A stretch of DNA of 40,365 nucleotides from Octopus sinensis (GCF_006345805.1 NW_021835506.1:1-40365), one strand, 5' to 3'. Positions 23,548-34,898 are shown, counted from the first letter of the stretch. Numbers and translations: made by a program. The notes: generated from the letters alone by a model not told the origin.

Positions 23548-23689
23548 ATATGCTCACACACGCACATACACACATATAATTGTTATATGATATATCTAGA
23601 ATGGTTATACTACGTATATGATTGCTAAGTATATTTAATGAGTATATTATATTACGTATATTTAGTGGTTATATGTTATGTCTACTTGC

Positions 23690-23820
23690 TATATGAGGTA
23701 TATATAATAATTGTATTATGCATTCCTGTTTTCCATTTTTTCTCTCTTTGTTTGCATATTGAACTCATTTGTTTTCGTATTTCCTGTTGCTTTCTGTTGG
23801 TGACGTCCTGTACCCATATA

Positions 23821-23826
<6 letters not shown>
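23690..23826 (+). mobile_element. (TA)n-abutting repeat fragment, probably Penelope-like
   Basis: Homologous end to 17465-17540. Confidence 0.55.
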
Positions 23827-23889
<63 letters not shown>

Positions 23890-23890
23890 T

Positions 23891-24062
23891 ACAAAATTAG
23901 AAAATGGAGAAACATACTTAAATCAATAAAACATTAACCATCAGATGATGCCCAATCAATACTTTATTACACCATTACATAACAGTAAAGGCATTAGCAG
24001 TATATTGGATATATGTTATCCCATGGTGGGTTGAATTTTCAACCCCTATCTCATTTTATAAC

Positions 24063-24095
<33 letters not shown>

Positions 24096-24263
24096 AAATT
24101 AGAAAATGGAGAAACATACTTAAATCAATAAAACATTAACCATCAGATGATGCCCAATCAATACTTTATTACACCATTACATAACAGTAAAGGCATTAGC
24201 AGTATATTGGATATATGTTATCCCATGGTGGGTTGAATTTTCAACCCCTATCTCATTTTATAA

Positions 24264-24265
<2 letters not shown>
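23891..24265. repeat. Exact tandem duplication of a 173-bp unit separated by (TA)n
   Basis: 23891-24063 is identical by eye to 24093-24265; each copy is flanked by TA runs. Confidence 0.95.
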
Positions 24266-24295
<30 letters not shown>

Positions 24296-24299
<4 letters not shown>

Positions 24300-24735
24300 G
24301 CATCACACCACCACGCACATACTAGCACTGACCACTTCCCAGCACACACACCATCATCCACTCACCTACGCATGCACACACGCACACGTCAAGGTCACCA
24401 GCCCTCTTCCACACGCACATACATGCTCTCTTATACATACGCACGCGCACCTTCATTTTGGGATCACCACTACTTCATTATCTCCCCTTTTTCCTAGCTC
24501 TCCTATGTGACCCTTCTGTCCGGCATTCGCCATGATAGATCGCTAGCCACAACACATTCTTTATTTTCTCTCACTGTTTCTTTCTATGTTCCTTTCTGTG
24601 GAAGAGCGTAGGCTCGAAACGTTAAAGACTTTTTCACTTCCCGAACGTTAAACTAATACACCTGTTTGTTGTCTACACCACCTGTCTTCGTCTTTTGTTG
24701 TTGTTTTTTTTTGTGAATTCTCCCCATATATATAA
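24296..24735 (+). mobile_element. Penelope-like pseudo-LTR fragment between TA runs
   Basis: Contains gaagagcgtaggctcgaaacgtt (hammerhead-like, typical of PLE pLTRs) and is bounded by (TA)n. Family assignment is inferred. Confidence 0.5.
24592..24627 (+). ncRNA. Minimal type-I hammerhead-like motif with a variant core
   Basis: CUUU-CUGUGGA-A-GAGC(GUAG)GCUC-GAA-ACGU-U-AAAG: helix I CUUU/AAAG, perfect 4-bp helix II, palindromic ACGU helix III. Core has A6>U plus an extra A. Confidence 0.45.
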
Positions 24736-25381
24736 AGTTGCATTTTCTTATAAAGTATGTTTTTAAGTATACTTCACAATATATGGACTGCATCAAGAAG
24801 TGCTCATTGCGAGCTAAATCGAAGGATAAGGAAAATTATAAAAGGAAAACATATGACTTTTGCATGTAATTTTGTTCACTTATTTATAAATTTATATGTA
24901 TATATATATATTTATTTATTTATTTCGTTGTGTTTTAAATTATGCTTTGGAATTTGTATTGATTGCCTAGATGTGTTCCTTCTATAATTTCCCTTATACA
25001 TCTACATATAATATACATACACATATATAATGCACATTTACTAACACACACGCATACACACACGCACGCACACACACATATGAATATATATATAACTGTG
25101 GTGCTCCAGCATGACCGCAGCTTTAAAACTGAAACAAGTTAAAGGGTATATATAGTAAAACAAAACCTGGAACGCCTAGTATACTTTGAAGTCAATGTTA
25201 CACGTGTTTCATTACAGTATATGGAAAACATAATGAATATAACTATTAACATTAATAATAATAATAATAATAACAATAATAAATTCTGGTTATAATTATT
25301 ATTATTATTATTATTAAAGTTAATAGTTATATTCATAGAGTTTTCCCTATACTGTAATGAAAACATTATGAATATATTAAA

Positions 25382-25445
<64 letters not shown>

Positions 25446-25655
25446 TAAATATAATAAATTCTTAATGTGTGTGTGTGTGTATGTAGAAAACATGTATAGG
25501 ATCTCCTATACGTAATTCTCCAGACAAAGATTCATAAATACGTGTACAGGTTATGTATTATATAAATAACGGTTACTTGAAGGATATCTAATGGTTACAT
25601 TATGTGGGTTAAAAAGTTCTTTTCGCAAACAAGAAGAAAATGGAGATTGTGAAGT

Positions 25656-25916
25656 TAATTGTTTATTATTAACAGCAACTTGATCGTCTTCACTTACACC
25701 CGTTTCTATTAATAGTCAACAAGCATTAAATTTACATTTATGTGACATGCATAATATCATCAGAGGGAAAAAGATGTACCTTTGGATGCTATATGTGTGT
25801 TTGTGAATTCAGCTTAGCACTGCTAATGTCGCATAAATGTAAATTTAATGTTTATTGTGTCAATAGAAACGGCTGTAGGTGAAGATGACTAATTTGCTGT
25901 AAATGATAAGCAATTA
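25656..25916. repeat. Foldback (MITE-like) element with ~92-bp inverted arms
   Basis: 25656-25748 is about 80% identical to the reverse complement of 25826-25916; 77-bp spacer. Confidence 0.85.
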
Positions 25917-26143
25917 TTAACTTCCCAATCACCATTTTCTTCTTCTTTTAAACGAATACATTAGTATATATATATATATAAGTGAAAAAGTGTATAGCAA
26001 ATGCACAATCGAAAAACAGACACAGAAGGTCCCAAGTTCCTCATCGGTTATCGACCAGAGTGTAAGACACAACTTCGTGTCTTCAAGTCTTTCTATATAT
26101 GATGAGCTTCCGCACAGTTTCCGTTTTCTAAATTCTCTCACAG

Positions 26144-26328
26144 GTTATTGGTCGTCCCGGAACTATATTACAACACTTGTTCACTGAAACTGAAACTGAA
26201 AACACATGGTTTCAAAGCTAACATATTAACCACACAACTATGTCTGCACCTATTACATATATCTAATTATGATTGTGCTAAATCGGGAATGGACATAACT
26301 TCCATAATAGGCGTGATGGTCACAAGAG
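26144..26328 (+). other. Candidate 185-nt internal exon (unverified)
   Basis: Acceptor ttttctaaattctctcacAG|G, donor AG|GTAAGC, one stop-free frame (LLVVPELYYN...IGVMVTR). No recognisable homology. Confidence 0.25.
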
Positions 26329-26471
26329 GTAAGCCGTTAGTCATGGCCCATCGCGTTGATACGGAGCAAAATCGTAACATTAATAAACTTGAATTTTCCA
26401 ATTTTACATGATATGAAATTTAGTAAAATCAAACTTTTGCTAAATTTTAAAAAATCATTTATTTTCTTCAC

Positions 26472-26930
26472 TTCTGTACAGTAAAGATTTACTACTATAC
26501 AGTAAAGATCCTCTACTCTTCAGTAGAGACCTACAACTGTACGGCAAAAACCCACAACTGTACAATAAAGACCCATTCCTGAACAGTAAAGACCAAAACT
26601 GTACTGTAATGAACCCCTACACTTCAGTAAAGACGCATTACTATACAGTAAAGACACACAACTGTTCTATCAAAATCCACAACTGTACAGTAAACACCCA
26701 CTACTGTACTGCAAAGGCCCACAGCAGTACATTAAAGATCCACTGCTGAAAGGTAAAAAATCTGTTACTGTACCGCAAATATCCTTTACTGTATAATAAA
26801 GACCTACTACTGTAATGTAAAGACCCATTGCTGTAGTGTAATGACCCACAACTGTACCATTAAGACCCACTACGGTACTGCAAGGAGCCAGTACTGTACA
26901 GTAAAGCCCCACAACTGACATAACGTAAAT
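26472..26930. repeat. Degenerate ~21-bp minisatellite (consensus ~ctgtacagtaaagacccacaa), ~22 units
   Basis: Recurrent actgtacagtaaagacc variants. Confidence 0.9.
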
Positions 26931-27285
26931 GTTTATTCCACTTAAGTTTGTATTGATTTAACCAAGAAGTATATAATAATCAGATCTCATCTCAGGCCTG
27001 TAATCAATTCGTACTAACACTATTTTTCTACCTCTTTTGAAGTCAAGTATTAAACATTCTCTCGGGATTGAGTCTATTTAATCATTTAAATGTGATTTAA
27101 TTTTAGCACTCATAAAAATTATTTATAAATAACTACTTATGTATTTAATTATAATTATGCCACTTTCCAATACAGCTTTTTTTTTTAACATTAAGGTCAG
27201 CCTCAATTACTTTATACACTTTTTAGGTTTCTCTAATTGGTGTGAATGTCATATTCCATAGCATGTATATCATGACTCACGAAAA

Positions 27286-27440
27286 GGCAGAATCGTTAGA
27301 GTGTTGGCAAAACCGCCGAGATTAACTTTGCTTTCATCATACGAGGTTGATAAAAGAAAGTATCAGTTAAGAACTTGAGTCGATTTAATTGACTATCTTC
27401 TCTTGCAGTCAGATACCTGGCCTCGAGCCTATGCTAAGAA
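27286..27440 (+). mobile_element. Highly degenerate SINE family 1 copy
   Basis: ggcagaatcgttag...ccgccgag...actttgctttcatc...gttgataaa. Confidence 0.55.
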
Positions 27441-27516
27441 CCATAATGATCGTTGCTGAAACAGCAGATACGATAACGATATGGTTTTCGAATTGTACTA
27501 TTTAATGCAATAAAAT

Positions 27517-27835
27517 GTGGAGGAACATGGCCTAGTGGTTAGAGCAGCGGACTCGCAGTCGAGGGATCGCTGGTTCGAATCTCAGACCGGGCGATGTGTG
27601 TGTTTATGAGTGAAACACCTAAGCTCCACACGGCTTCTGCAGAAGGTAATGGCGAGCTTCTGCTGACTCTTTCGCCTCAACTTTCTCTCACTCTTTCCTC
27701 CTACATCTAGCGGCTCACCTGTGACGGACCGGCATCCCGTCCTTGTGGGGAACCTATACGCCAACGAAACCGGGAAACCGGCCCTTATGATCCAGGCATG
27801 GCTTGAGGAGGAACAAACAAAAACAAACAACAAAC
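27517..27835 (+). mobile_element. tRNA-derived SINE family 3
   Basis: A box tggcctagtggttagagc, B box ggttcgaatc, 3' region cctgtgacggaccggcatcccgtcc...gaaaccggccc, (CAAA)n tail; near-identical partner at 30132-30453. Confidence 0.9.
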
Positions 27836-27994
27836 GTAATAAAATGCGAGCACACACATACTCATACACTCACACACACTCATACACACAAACATACATA
27901 CAATTAAAAAAAAAGTTATATTGATCAAAAAGAAGTATATTCATTAAGGACATTTGAACAAGGTAACAAGTAAGCAACGTTAGACAGAGCTGAA

Positions 27995-28058
27995 GAAACC
28001 TTCTGCTGGAGCCGCGTGGAGCTTAGATGTTTCGCTCATAAGCATACACATCGCCCAG
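27995..28058 (-). mobile_element. SINE family 3 internal fragment
   Basis: Reverse complement of gggcgatgtgt...gagcgaaaca.ctaagctccacgcggctcc.gcagaagg. Confidence 0.75.
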
Positions 28059-28059
28059 T

Positions 28060-28320
28060 CTGAAGAAAACTACTTAAGATACTGCGATTGAGAAAAGAAA
28101 AGAGGAATATCTAACAAGAACCTATCGAAAGAATCGCAAACGAATCAAAATTATATTTATTTGGGAAATCAGAAAGAGAAAGAGAGTTTCACAGAACAGA
28201 TGCTGGTGGAAAAAAACTACAGGAGTGAAAACACTTCTTTACTGAATGGGCGACAATAGTGAAGCTTTGAGAATTAGCTGAAGACAAGGATTCACCTGGT
28301 TAAATACCTGAAGAGGAGAC
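28060..28320 (+). mobile_element. Possible ancient RTE 3' fragment
   Basis: Weak similarity (KSKLYLFG...EQMLVEK...ELAEDK) to the RTE C-terminus; heavily decayed. Confidence 0.3.
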
Positions 28321-28370
28321 ACAACAAACGTTCAACACAGCAATATCCATGGAGTCTCGATGGAGTCTCA

Positions 28371-28482
<112 letters not shown>

Positions 28483-28722
28483 TTAGGGAGTAAATCCAAA
28501 CTTACAGGGAAAAATTAAATTTAGGATTAAATCTAATTTTACAGTATAAATATAAATTAAATTGCATTTTATATGAATTAATTTTATTTCTATGTTTTGA
28601 TTTATGTTTTTCACTGTTTGATTTGCCTAATAGTGGTTTTATCTCTAATTTAATTTATATATATATAGATAATAAGCAGAAAAGAGTATATATATATAAT
28701 ATAATATATATATAATATAATA

Positions 28723-28805
<83 letters not shown>

Positions 28806-29346
28806 TTAGAGCAGAATTGCAAGAAATATAGTTATGTACAATGATATTTAATATGCTGCTGTGCATTCGGACATGGAAAAACAATACGCTTCACAGGCTG
28901 TTTCGAGAGAAATAGGACCTTACGACATGTGCGTTTCTGTGTTGTTACTATTCATCAGTGCTGTATGCCGAGCAGTCATTCGTAGCTACAAAGTTTTGGT
29001 CGCTTTTATATCAGAACAGCAAATGGTACATTTGCCGATGTGCGAAAAGATTTGTCAAGCTGGAATAAATTAAAATAAAATCAACATAATTATGTGTGCC
29101 TGTGAGTTTTGTGCGTGTGTGTGTGTTTAGTTATATTAAAAACATTGAAACATTTATTGACACTTTACAGATTTAAGTAGCGTATCATATTTTTACAGGG
29201 AAAACGTTGACAATGACCTCGAAGATTTGGTTCAGTTACCCTCGTCTAATTACATACATACACACGCACATACATACGTACTTACGTATATACATACATA
29301 CATACATACATACAGACATACATACATACACACACACATACATACA

Positions 29347-29380
<34 letters not shown>

Positions 29381-29382
29381 CA

Positions 29383-29416
<34 letters not shown>

Positions 29417-30131
29417 CATGTCCTGTTATTATTATTATTATTATTATTGTTGCTGTTTTTTTGTATTTATATTCGTATTATTTATTGTTTTTTTGCATTA
29501 TTTTTGTATTTATATTCGTGTAACATCGTCCGTTTTTCCGTCCTTGTTTCGTATATATTCGATCCTTTTTCCAAGGAATTTAATGCTCTTAGCTTAGTTT
29601 TTCCTTGGGGTTGGCCAGATTGGAGCAATCTCAAGATTAATCAGATGAAATTGCGAGGATGATCCGGTTCTTAACTGAAGATTAAAGGCTTCGAATGACC
29701 CGTCCGTGATTTTTGTATCGTCTATTTGGATGTTTTGCGTTCTTGTCCCATTTTGTATTCTATATATATAGCGGCGTACGTACACTTTGTTCTCTTTTAT
29801 GTATATACTTATATGTATACAAACACACACGCAACCTGTTTAATATAGACAACTTCCACATCATGCGACGAGTCATGAAAGGGATGCTTAAGAAACCTGA
29901 CATGAGTGTGGCCCTGGGCAGGTTAAATCAAACAAAAGCTTTCGATAGGGTCGACCACCAATACTAGGTGGTTGTCCTCATAGCAAGTGGTTCTGTACTC
30001 TGCTGTTGGATCACTGCAATAAATAGCGTTATCTGCTGCATGGTTCGAATGAATGAGTACTAATGCCATCCTATATCATGCACTTTGTTAAGTGTGTCCC
30101 TTCTTTTCTCTTTTGTTTCAATGTCTCATGA

Positions 30132-30453
30132 GCGTGGAGGCACATGACCTAGTGGTTCGAGCAGCGAACTCGCGATCGAGGGATCGCCGGTTCGAATCTC
30201 AGACCGGGCGATGTGTGTGTTTGTGAGCAAATCACCTAATCTCCACGCGGCTCCGGCAGAAGGTAATGGCGAACTTCTGCTGACTCTTTCACCACAACTT
30301 TCTCTCACTCTTTCCTCCTACATCTTGAAGCTCACCTGCGACGGACCGGCGTCCCGTCCAGGTGGGAAACCTATACGCCAAGAAACTGGGAAACCGGCCC
30401 TTATGAGCCAGGCATGGCTCGAGAAGGAACAAACAAACAAAAACAAAAAAAAA
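30132..30453 (+). mobile_element. tRNA-derived SINE family 3 inserted in the Tx1 RT
   Basis: Same A/B boxes and body as 27517-27835. Confidence 0.9.
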
Positions 30454-30773
30454 TGACTCGAGCCACTATTGAGGGAACTAAAGACATTTGACATTTCGGG
30501 GCATTACATGCGAAACAGGGAGCGGAATATTCTTGTCGGCATATGCGGACGACGTCACCGTCCTAGATCTATAGCGTCATACAGCGCCATGATGGGATGC
30601 AGGACGTACGGACGGGTTAAATCGCTCAATGCTCGGTTTATTCCAGGTCTCCAAGTGGGAAAGAACCGGAGCGAAGTGGTGAGCGATGTGGCTAATCTCA
30701 CCGAGAAATGAGCCGAGAGAAAGCTACTCTTAAAAGGTCGTGTACGGTAACATTGACACTGTCATATATTACC

Positions 30774-31004
30774 TATTTCTTTATTACCCACAAGGGGCTA
30801 AACACAGAGTGGACAAACAAGGACAGACATAGGTATTAAGTCGATTACATCGACCCCAGTGCGTAACTGGTACTTAATTTATCGACCCCGAATGGATGAA
30901 AGGCAAAGTCGACCTCGGCGGAATTTGAACTCAGAACGTAACGGCAGACAAAATACCGCTAAGCATTTCGTCCGGCGCGCTAACGATTCTGCCAGCTCGC
31001 CGCC
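30774..31004 (-). mobile_element. SINE family 1 monomer with 18-bp TSD
   Basis: TSD acactgtcatatattacc at 30756-30773 and 31016-31033; 11 extra nt at the 5' junction. Confidence 0.92.
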
Positions 31005-31380
31005 TATCATATGTCACACTGTCATATATTACCACCTAAGTGTCGTGCCTTCCCTCTGACTGATCTGGAGTCCTTCACTTCTGCTTTATGCGGAAGGGAT
31101 GCGCTCCGCTGTTGAAGCTCTACATTTGCTGAGTGGAGGACTGGACACGCTGAGACTGATGATGCGTAAACAAGTGCTGATGCTACGATGTCTAAAGCAA
31201 TTTCTTGACGGTGAAGAGAGGTTGTTGATGTTTGTCACAGTTTGTCGAGATTCAATCGATAAACCTCTTTCCACCCAAAATTTCCTGTCTTCTGCCTAGA
31301 ATAGAAAGGATTGCTGACAGAATTGCTTGCACGCCGGGAAAATTGCTCGACTGTATTTCACCCGTCGCTACGTATAAAAA

Positions 31381-31600
31381 GGCGGCGAGCTGGCAGAATC
31401 GTTACCACACCGGACAAATTGCTCAGCGATATTTCATCTGCCGTTACGTTCTGAGTTCAAATTCCGCCGAGGTCGACTTTGCTTTTCGTTCATTCGGAGT
31501 CGATTAAATAAGTACCAGTTGAGTACTGGAGTCAATCTAATCGGCCATCCCCCTCCCCAAACATTTCAGGCCTTGCGCCAATAATAGAAAGGATTATTAC
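31381..31600 (+). mobile_element. SINE family 1 monomer (tail B), preceded by a tail-plus-head fragment at ~31270-31372
   Basis: ggcggcgagctggcagaatcg...catttcaggccttgcgccaataatagaaaggattatt. Confidence 0.88.
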
Positions 31601-31604
31601 TGTA

Positions 31605-32021
31605 GTTGGTGCTGCTGCTGTTGTTGTTGGTGGTGGTGGTGGTGGTGGTGGTGGTGGTGGTGGTGGTTTGAGGTAGTGGTGGTAGTGGTGGCAGCGGCGG
31701 CTGCGGTGATGACGGTGGCATCGGTGGTGGTGGTGGTGGTGGTGGTGATGGTAGGTGATGGTTATTCATGTTCAAATAATTATTGTTGTTATTACCGCTA
31801 CAGTGATTGTTATTGTTATTCTTGTTGCAGCTATTGTTGTTGTTGGCTTTGCCGTTGTTATTGTTTCTTGCTGATATTTGTTATTATTATGGTTGAGTTA
31901 TTTAGAAATCATTTTTATTTTTGTTCTTATTTTAATTTCCTTTTCCTTCCCACTTGTTGGCACAGCAATCAAGTGACAATAATAACAATAACAATATTGT
32001 TAAACGATATTATTATTATTA

Positions 32022-32078
<57 letters not shown>

Positions 32079-32152
32079 GTATTATCATTATTATCATTAT
32101 TATTATATATCATTATTATTATATTATTATTATTATATTATTATTATTATTA

Positions 32153-32187
<35 letters not shown>

Positions 32188-32560
32188 CATCATCATCATC
32201 ATTATTATTATCATCATCATCATCATTATCATTGATATTATTATTATTAATTCTATTATTATTATTGTTATTGCTGTTGTATTTATTATTGTTGTTGTTG
32301 TTGTTGTTATTATTATCATTATTATTAGTATTAATATTAATATTATTATTATTATTATTATTATTATCGTTGTTGTTGTTGTTGTTGTTATTATTATTAT
32401 TAATTCTATTATTATTATTGTTGTTGTTGTTATTATTATTAATTCTATTATTATTATTGCTCTTGTCATTATTATTGTTGTTGTTATTATTATTATTATT
32501 ATTATTACTATTATTGTTAAAAGGCGGAGGAGAGGAGGAGGAGGAGGAGGAGGAGGAGGA
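31605..32560. repeat. ~950-bp compound trinucleotide tract: (GGT)n, (GTT)n, (ATT)n, (ATC)n, (GGA)n
   Basis: Visible; explains the 319-aa poly-I ORF. Confidence 0.95.
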
Positions 32561-33119
32561 ACAAGAACATGTAAAACAAGAACTCTAATACTAATAGTGT
32601 TAAGTACGCTATCTAGTGTGATATATGTAAGGTGATGATGACAAAATCGGGGTGGAGCAGATCGTTTACGTCAAATAACGATATTAGAAGCCAGAGGAAA
32701 TATGATGCGGAAGAAATACGGAAGGCTAAGCTATTCTGAAACGATTTTTTTTTCAAAGTCTGCGAGTTGTAAAGTTGGCTGCATATCAAAATGATACACA
32801 AACTAACACAGTTTTGCGTCTGGGTACATAATCTAGATGGATAAATTTGGATTTTATGCTGTGCATGTATTCTTAGTTTGTGATTAATGTCTTCGGAATA
32901 TGAATAAAAATGGTGGAAAATTTCACACAGAAATAGTTAGGGTTTTTTTTGTATTGTTTTTTTTTTTTATTTTTGACAAAATGAAATGAAAATATATAAA
33001 TTTTCGTGGATTGTGGTACTACTAACTAGAACTTCGTCTATATTTGTTAAGCCATGAGCAAGTTATCTTTGGCAGAGCCCTGATATTTGTGCAAAATGGA
33101 ATAACAAGCTTTTATCAGT

Positions 33120-33570
33120 AAATTACACACACACATACGCACACACGCACGCACGCACGCACACACACACAGACACACACACACACTTTATATATATATA
33201 TAGATAGATAGATAGATATACATCTCTCGCTCTCCTTATCCCTATCTCTCGTTCTTCTCTCTTTCTCTCTCACTATATATATATACACACATACACACAC
33301 ATATATAGATATGAATTTACATGCATACATACATACACACATACACACATACATACATACATACATACATACATACATACATACATACATACATGCATAC
33401 ATACATACATACATACATACATGCATGCATACTACATACATACATACATGCATGCATGCATGCATGCATACATACATACATACATACATACATACATACA
33501 TACATACATACATACATACATACACATACACACATACACATACATACTTACATACATACATACATACATA
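33120..33570. repeat. (CA)n, (GATA)n, (CT)n and (CATA)n microsatellites
   Basis: Visible simple repeats. Confidence 0.95.
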
Positions 33571-33650
33571 ATTCACGGAAGAAGTCATGTTTTAATAAGC
33601 ACCTAACACTCCGATAAAAATTTCACCGAATCGACTTTGTTTTCAGTTTC

Positions 33651-34308
33651 AGATTCGATGTCAGGCACAATAACGGTAGTTCGATAGAACTTGCTGGACA
33701 TTTCGTTTCAAGCGGCTGCAATTTTGAAGAAGACTTGAAAGTGCATATTCTCAGAAAATATTCTGAATCTGCTTCATTTTCACTTCTCAGAATCTATGAA
33801 GAAAAATATGTTTGCAGGTTATTAACATCACGTCCTGGAGGAATGAATAAGATGACAGGAGAATATCATCAAATTTATAGGCGCAGGAGTGACTGTGTGG
33901 TAAGTAGCTTGCTTACCAACCGCATGATTCCGGGTTCAGACCCACTGCGTGGCACCTTGGGCAAGTGTCTTCTACTATAGCCTCGGGCTGACCAAAGCCT
34001 TGTGAGTGGATTTGGTAGACGGAAACTGAAAGAAACCCGTCGTATATATGTGTATGTATATATGTTTATGTGTGTGTGTTTGTGTGCCTGTGTTTGTACC
34101 CCCAACATCGCTTGAAAACCGATGCTGGTGTGTTTACGTCCTTGTAAATTAGCGGTTCGACAAAAGAGGCCGATAGAATAAATACTAGGCTTACAAAGAA
34201 TAAGTCCTGGGGGTCGATTTGCTCGACTAAAGGCGGTGCTCAAGCATGGCCGCAGTCCAATGACTGAAACAGGTAAAAGAGTAAATTTATACAAAACTGT
34301 TTGATTAA
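33651..34308 (+). pseudogene. C-terminal half of a Penelope-type GIY-YIG endonuclease, interrupted by SINE family 2
   Basis: RFDVRHNNGSSIELAGHFVSSGCNFEEDLKVHILRKYSESASFSLLRIYEEKYVCRLLTSRPGGMNKMTGEYHQIY; after removing the SINE it continues TKLFD*. This matches the PLE endonuclease pattern HRFD...HF...H..EDL.V.IL....R...E..WI.RL.T..P.G.N. Confidence 0.75.
33880..34282 (+). mobile_element. SINE family 2, full length, 9-bp TSD
   Basis: TSD aaatttata at 33871-33879 and 34283-34291. Confidence 0.92.
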
Positions 34309-34898
34309 ATATTCTTCTTTCTCTCTTCTTTTTCTTTCCTTTTTTTCTGTCTTTTTCTTTTCGCCTGTTATAAAATTGTAACTTAAAAACTGATGATGTC
34401 ATTCCATCAACGTGTGGGCGATGGTTGCTCTCGTTCACAAAGACAGACGTACTGTTGAAATATCGTTCAACTAATAAAATATTTTACAATCGTATCACAC
34501 TCCACATGTTTGTTCATTCTGTATGACCTTATTGCAGTGAAGGTTTCATAGGTATTTTTAAGTAGTCTCAAAAACTAATATGGTTCAGTGAATCACTTAA
34601 GGTGTCTCCGATTCCGTCAGCATCATATTAAGCACTTTTTTTTCTCTTGCACCTGTTAATTATTTTAATCAGGAATTTGGAATATCATTTTACTCTGTTA
34701 CCTCGTCGCCGTTTACCTTCTACAGTTCCTGAATTACTTCTTGAACTGTTATTTGATATACTTTCACATGGCTGTCTAAAACACGAACAACTTATTTTGA
34801 GTCGGATACTAGTCCGTCTGCGCTGAAAAGCCGTTGAGAGGAAAGCCCCGAAACGGTGCGCATTCTTTCCTGATGACCCCTAAAAACTTCTGATACAC
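34309..34898 (+). mobile_element. Putative 3' UTR/pseudo-LTR of the Penelope-like element
   Basis: Follows the GIY-YIG stop codon and contains a hammerhead-like motif at 34819-34862; the boundaries are inferred. Confidence 0.4.

Larger units (their letters stand above)
29830..31262 (+). mobile_element. L1/Tx1-clade ORF2 reverse-transcriptase relic interrupted by two SINEs
   Basis: KAFDRVDHQY (29935-29964), LEPLLR, AYADDVTV (YADD 30542-30553), KN.SEV...LTEK.AERKL.LKGR, TVIYYHLSVVP, GGL...MMR..L.LR.LKQFLDGE. Confidence 0.85.

Noticed and set aside
27517-27590. tRNA gene (also at 30132-30205)
   Set aside because: A and B boxes are present, but the sequence continues into a shared SINE body and tail; these are SINE heads.
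28861-29073. 70-aa ORF in unique sequence
   Set aside because: No recognisable motif or splice context.
29675-29705. Perfect CUGAAGA core
   Set aside because: Followed by GAAU rather than GAAA and no helix II.
31676-32635. 319-aa ORF, the longest in the track
   Set aside because: (ATT)n/(GTT)n tract that lacks stops by composition.
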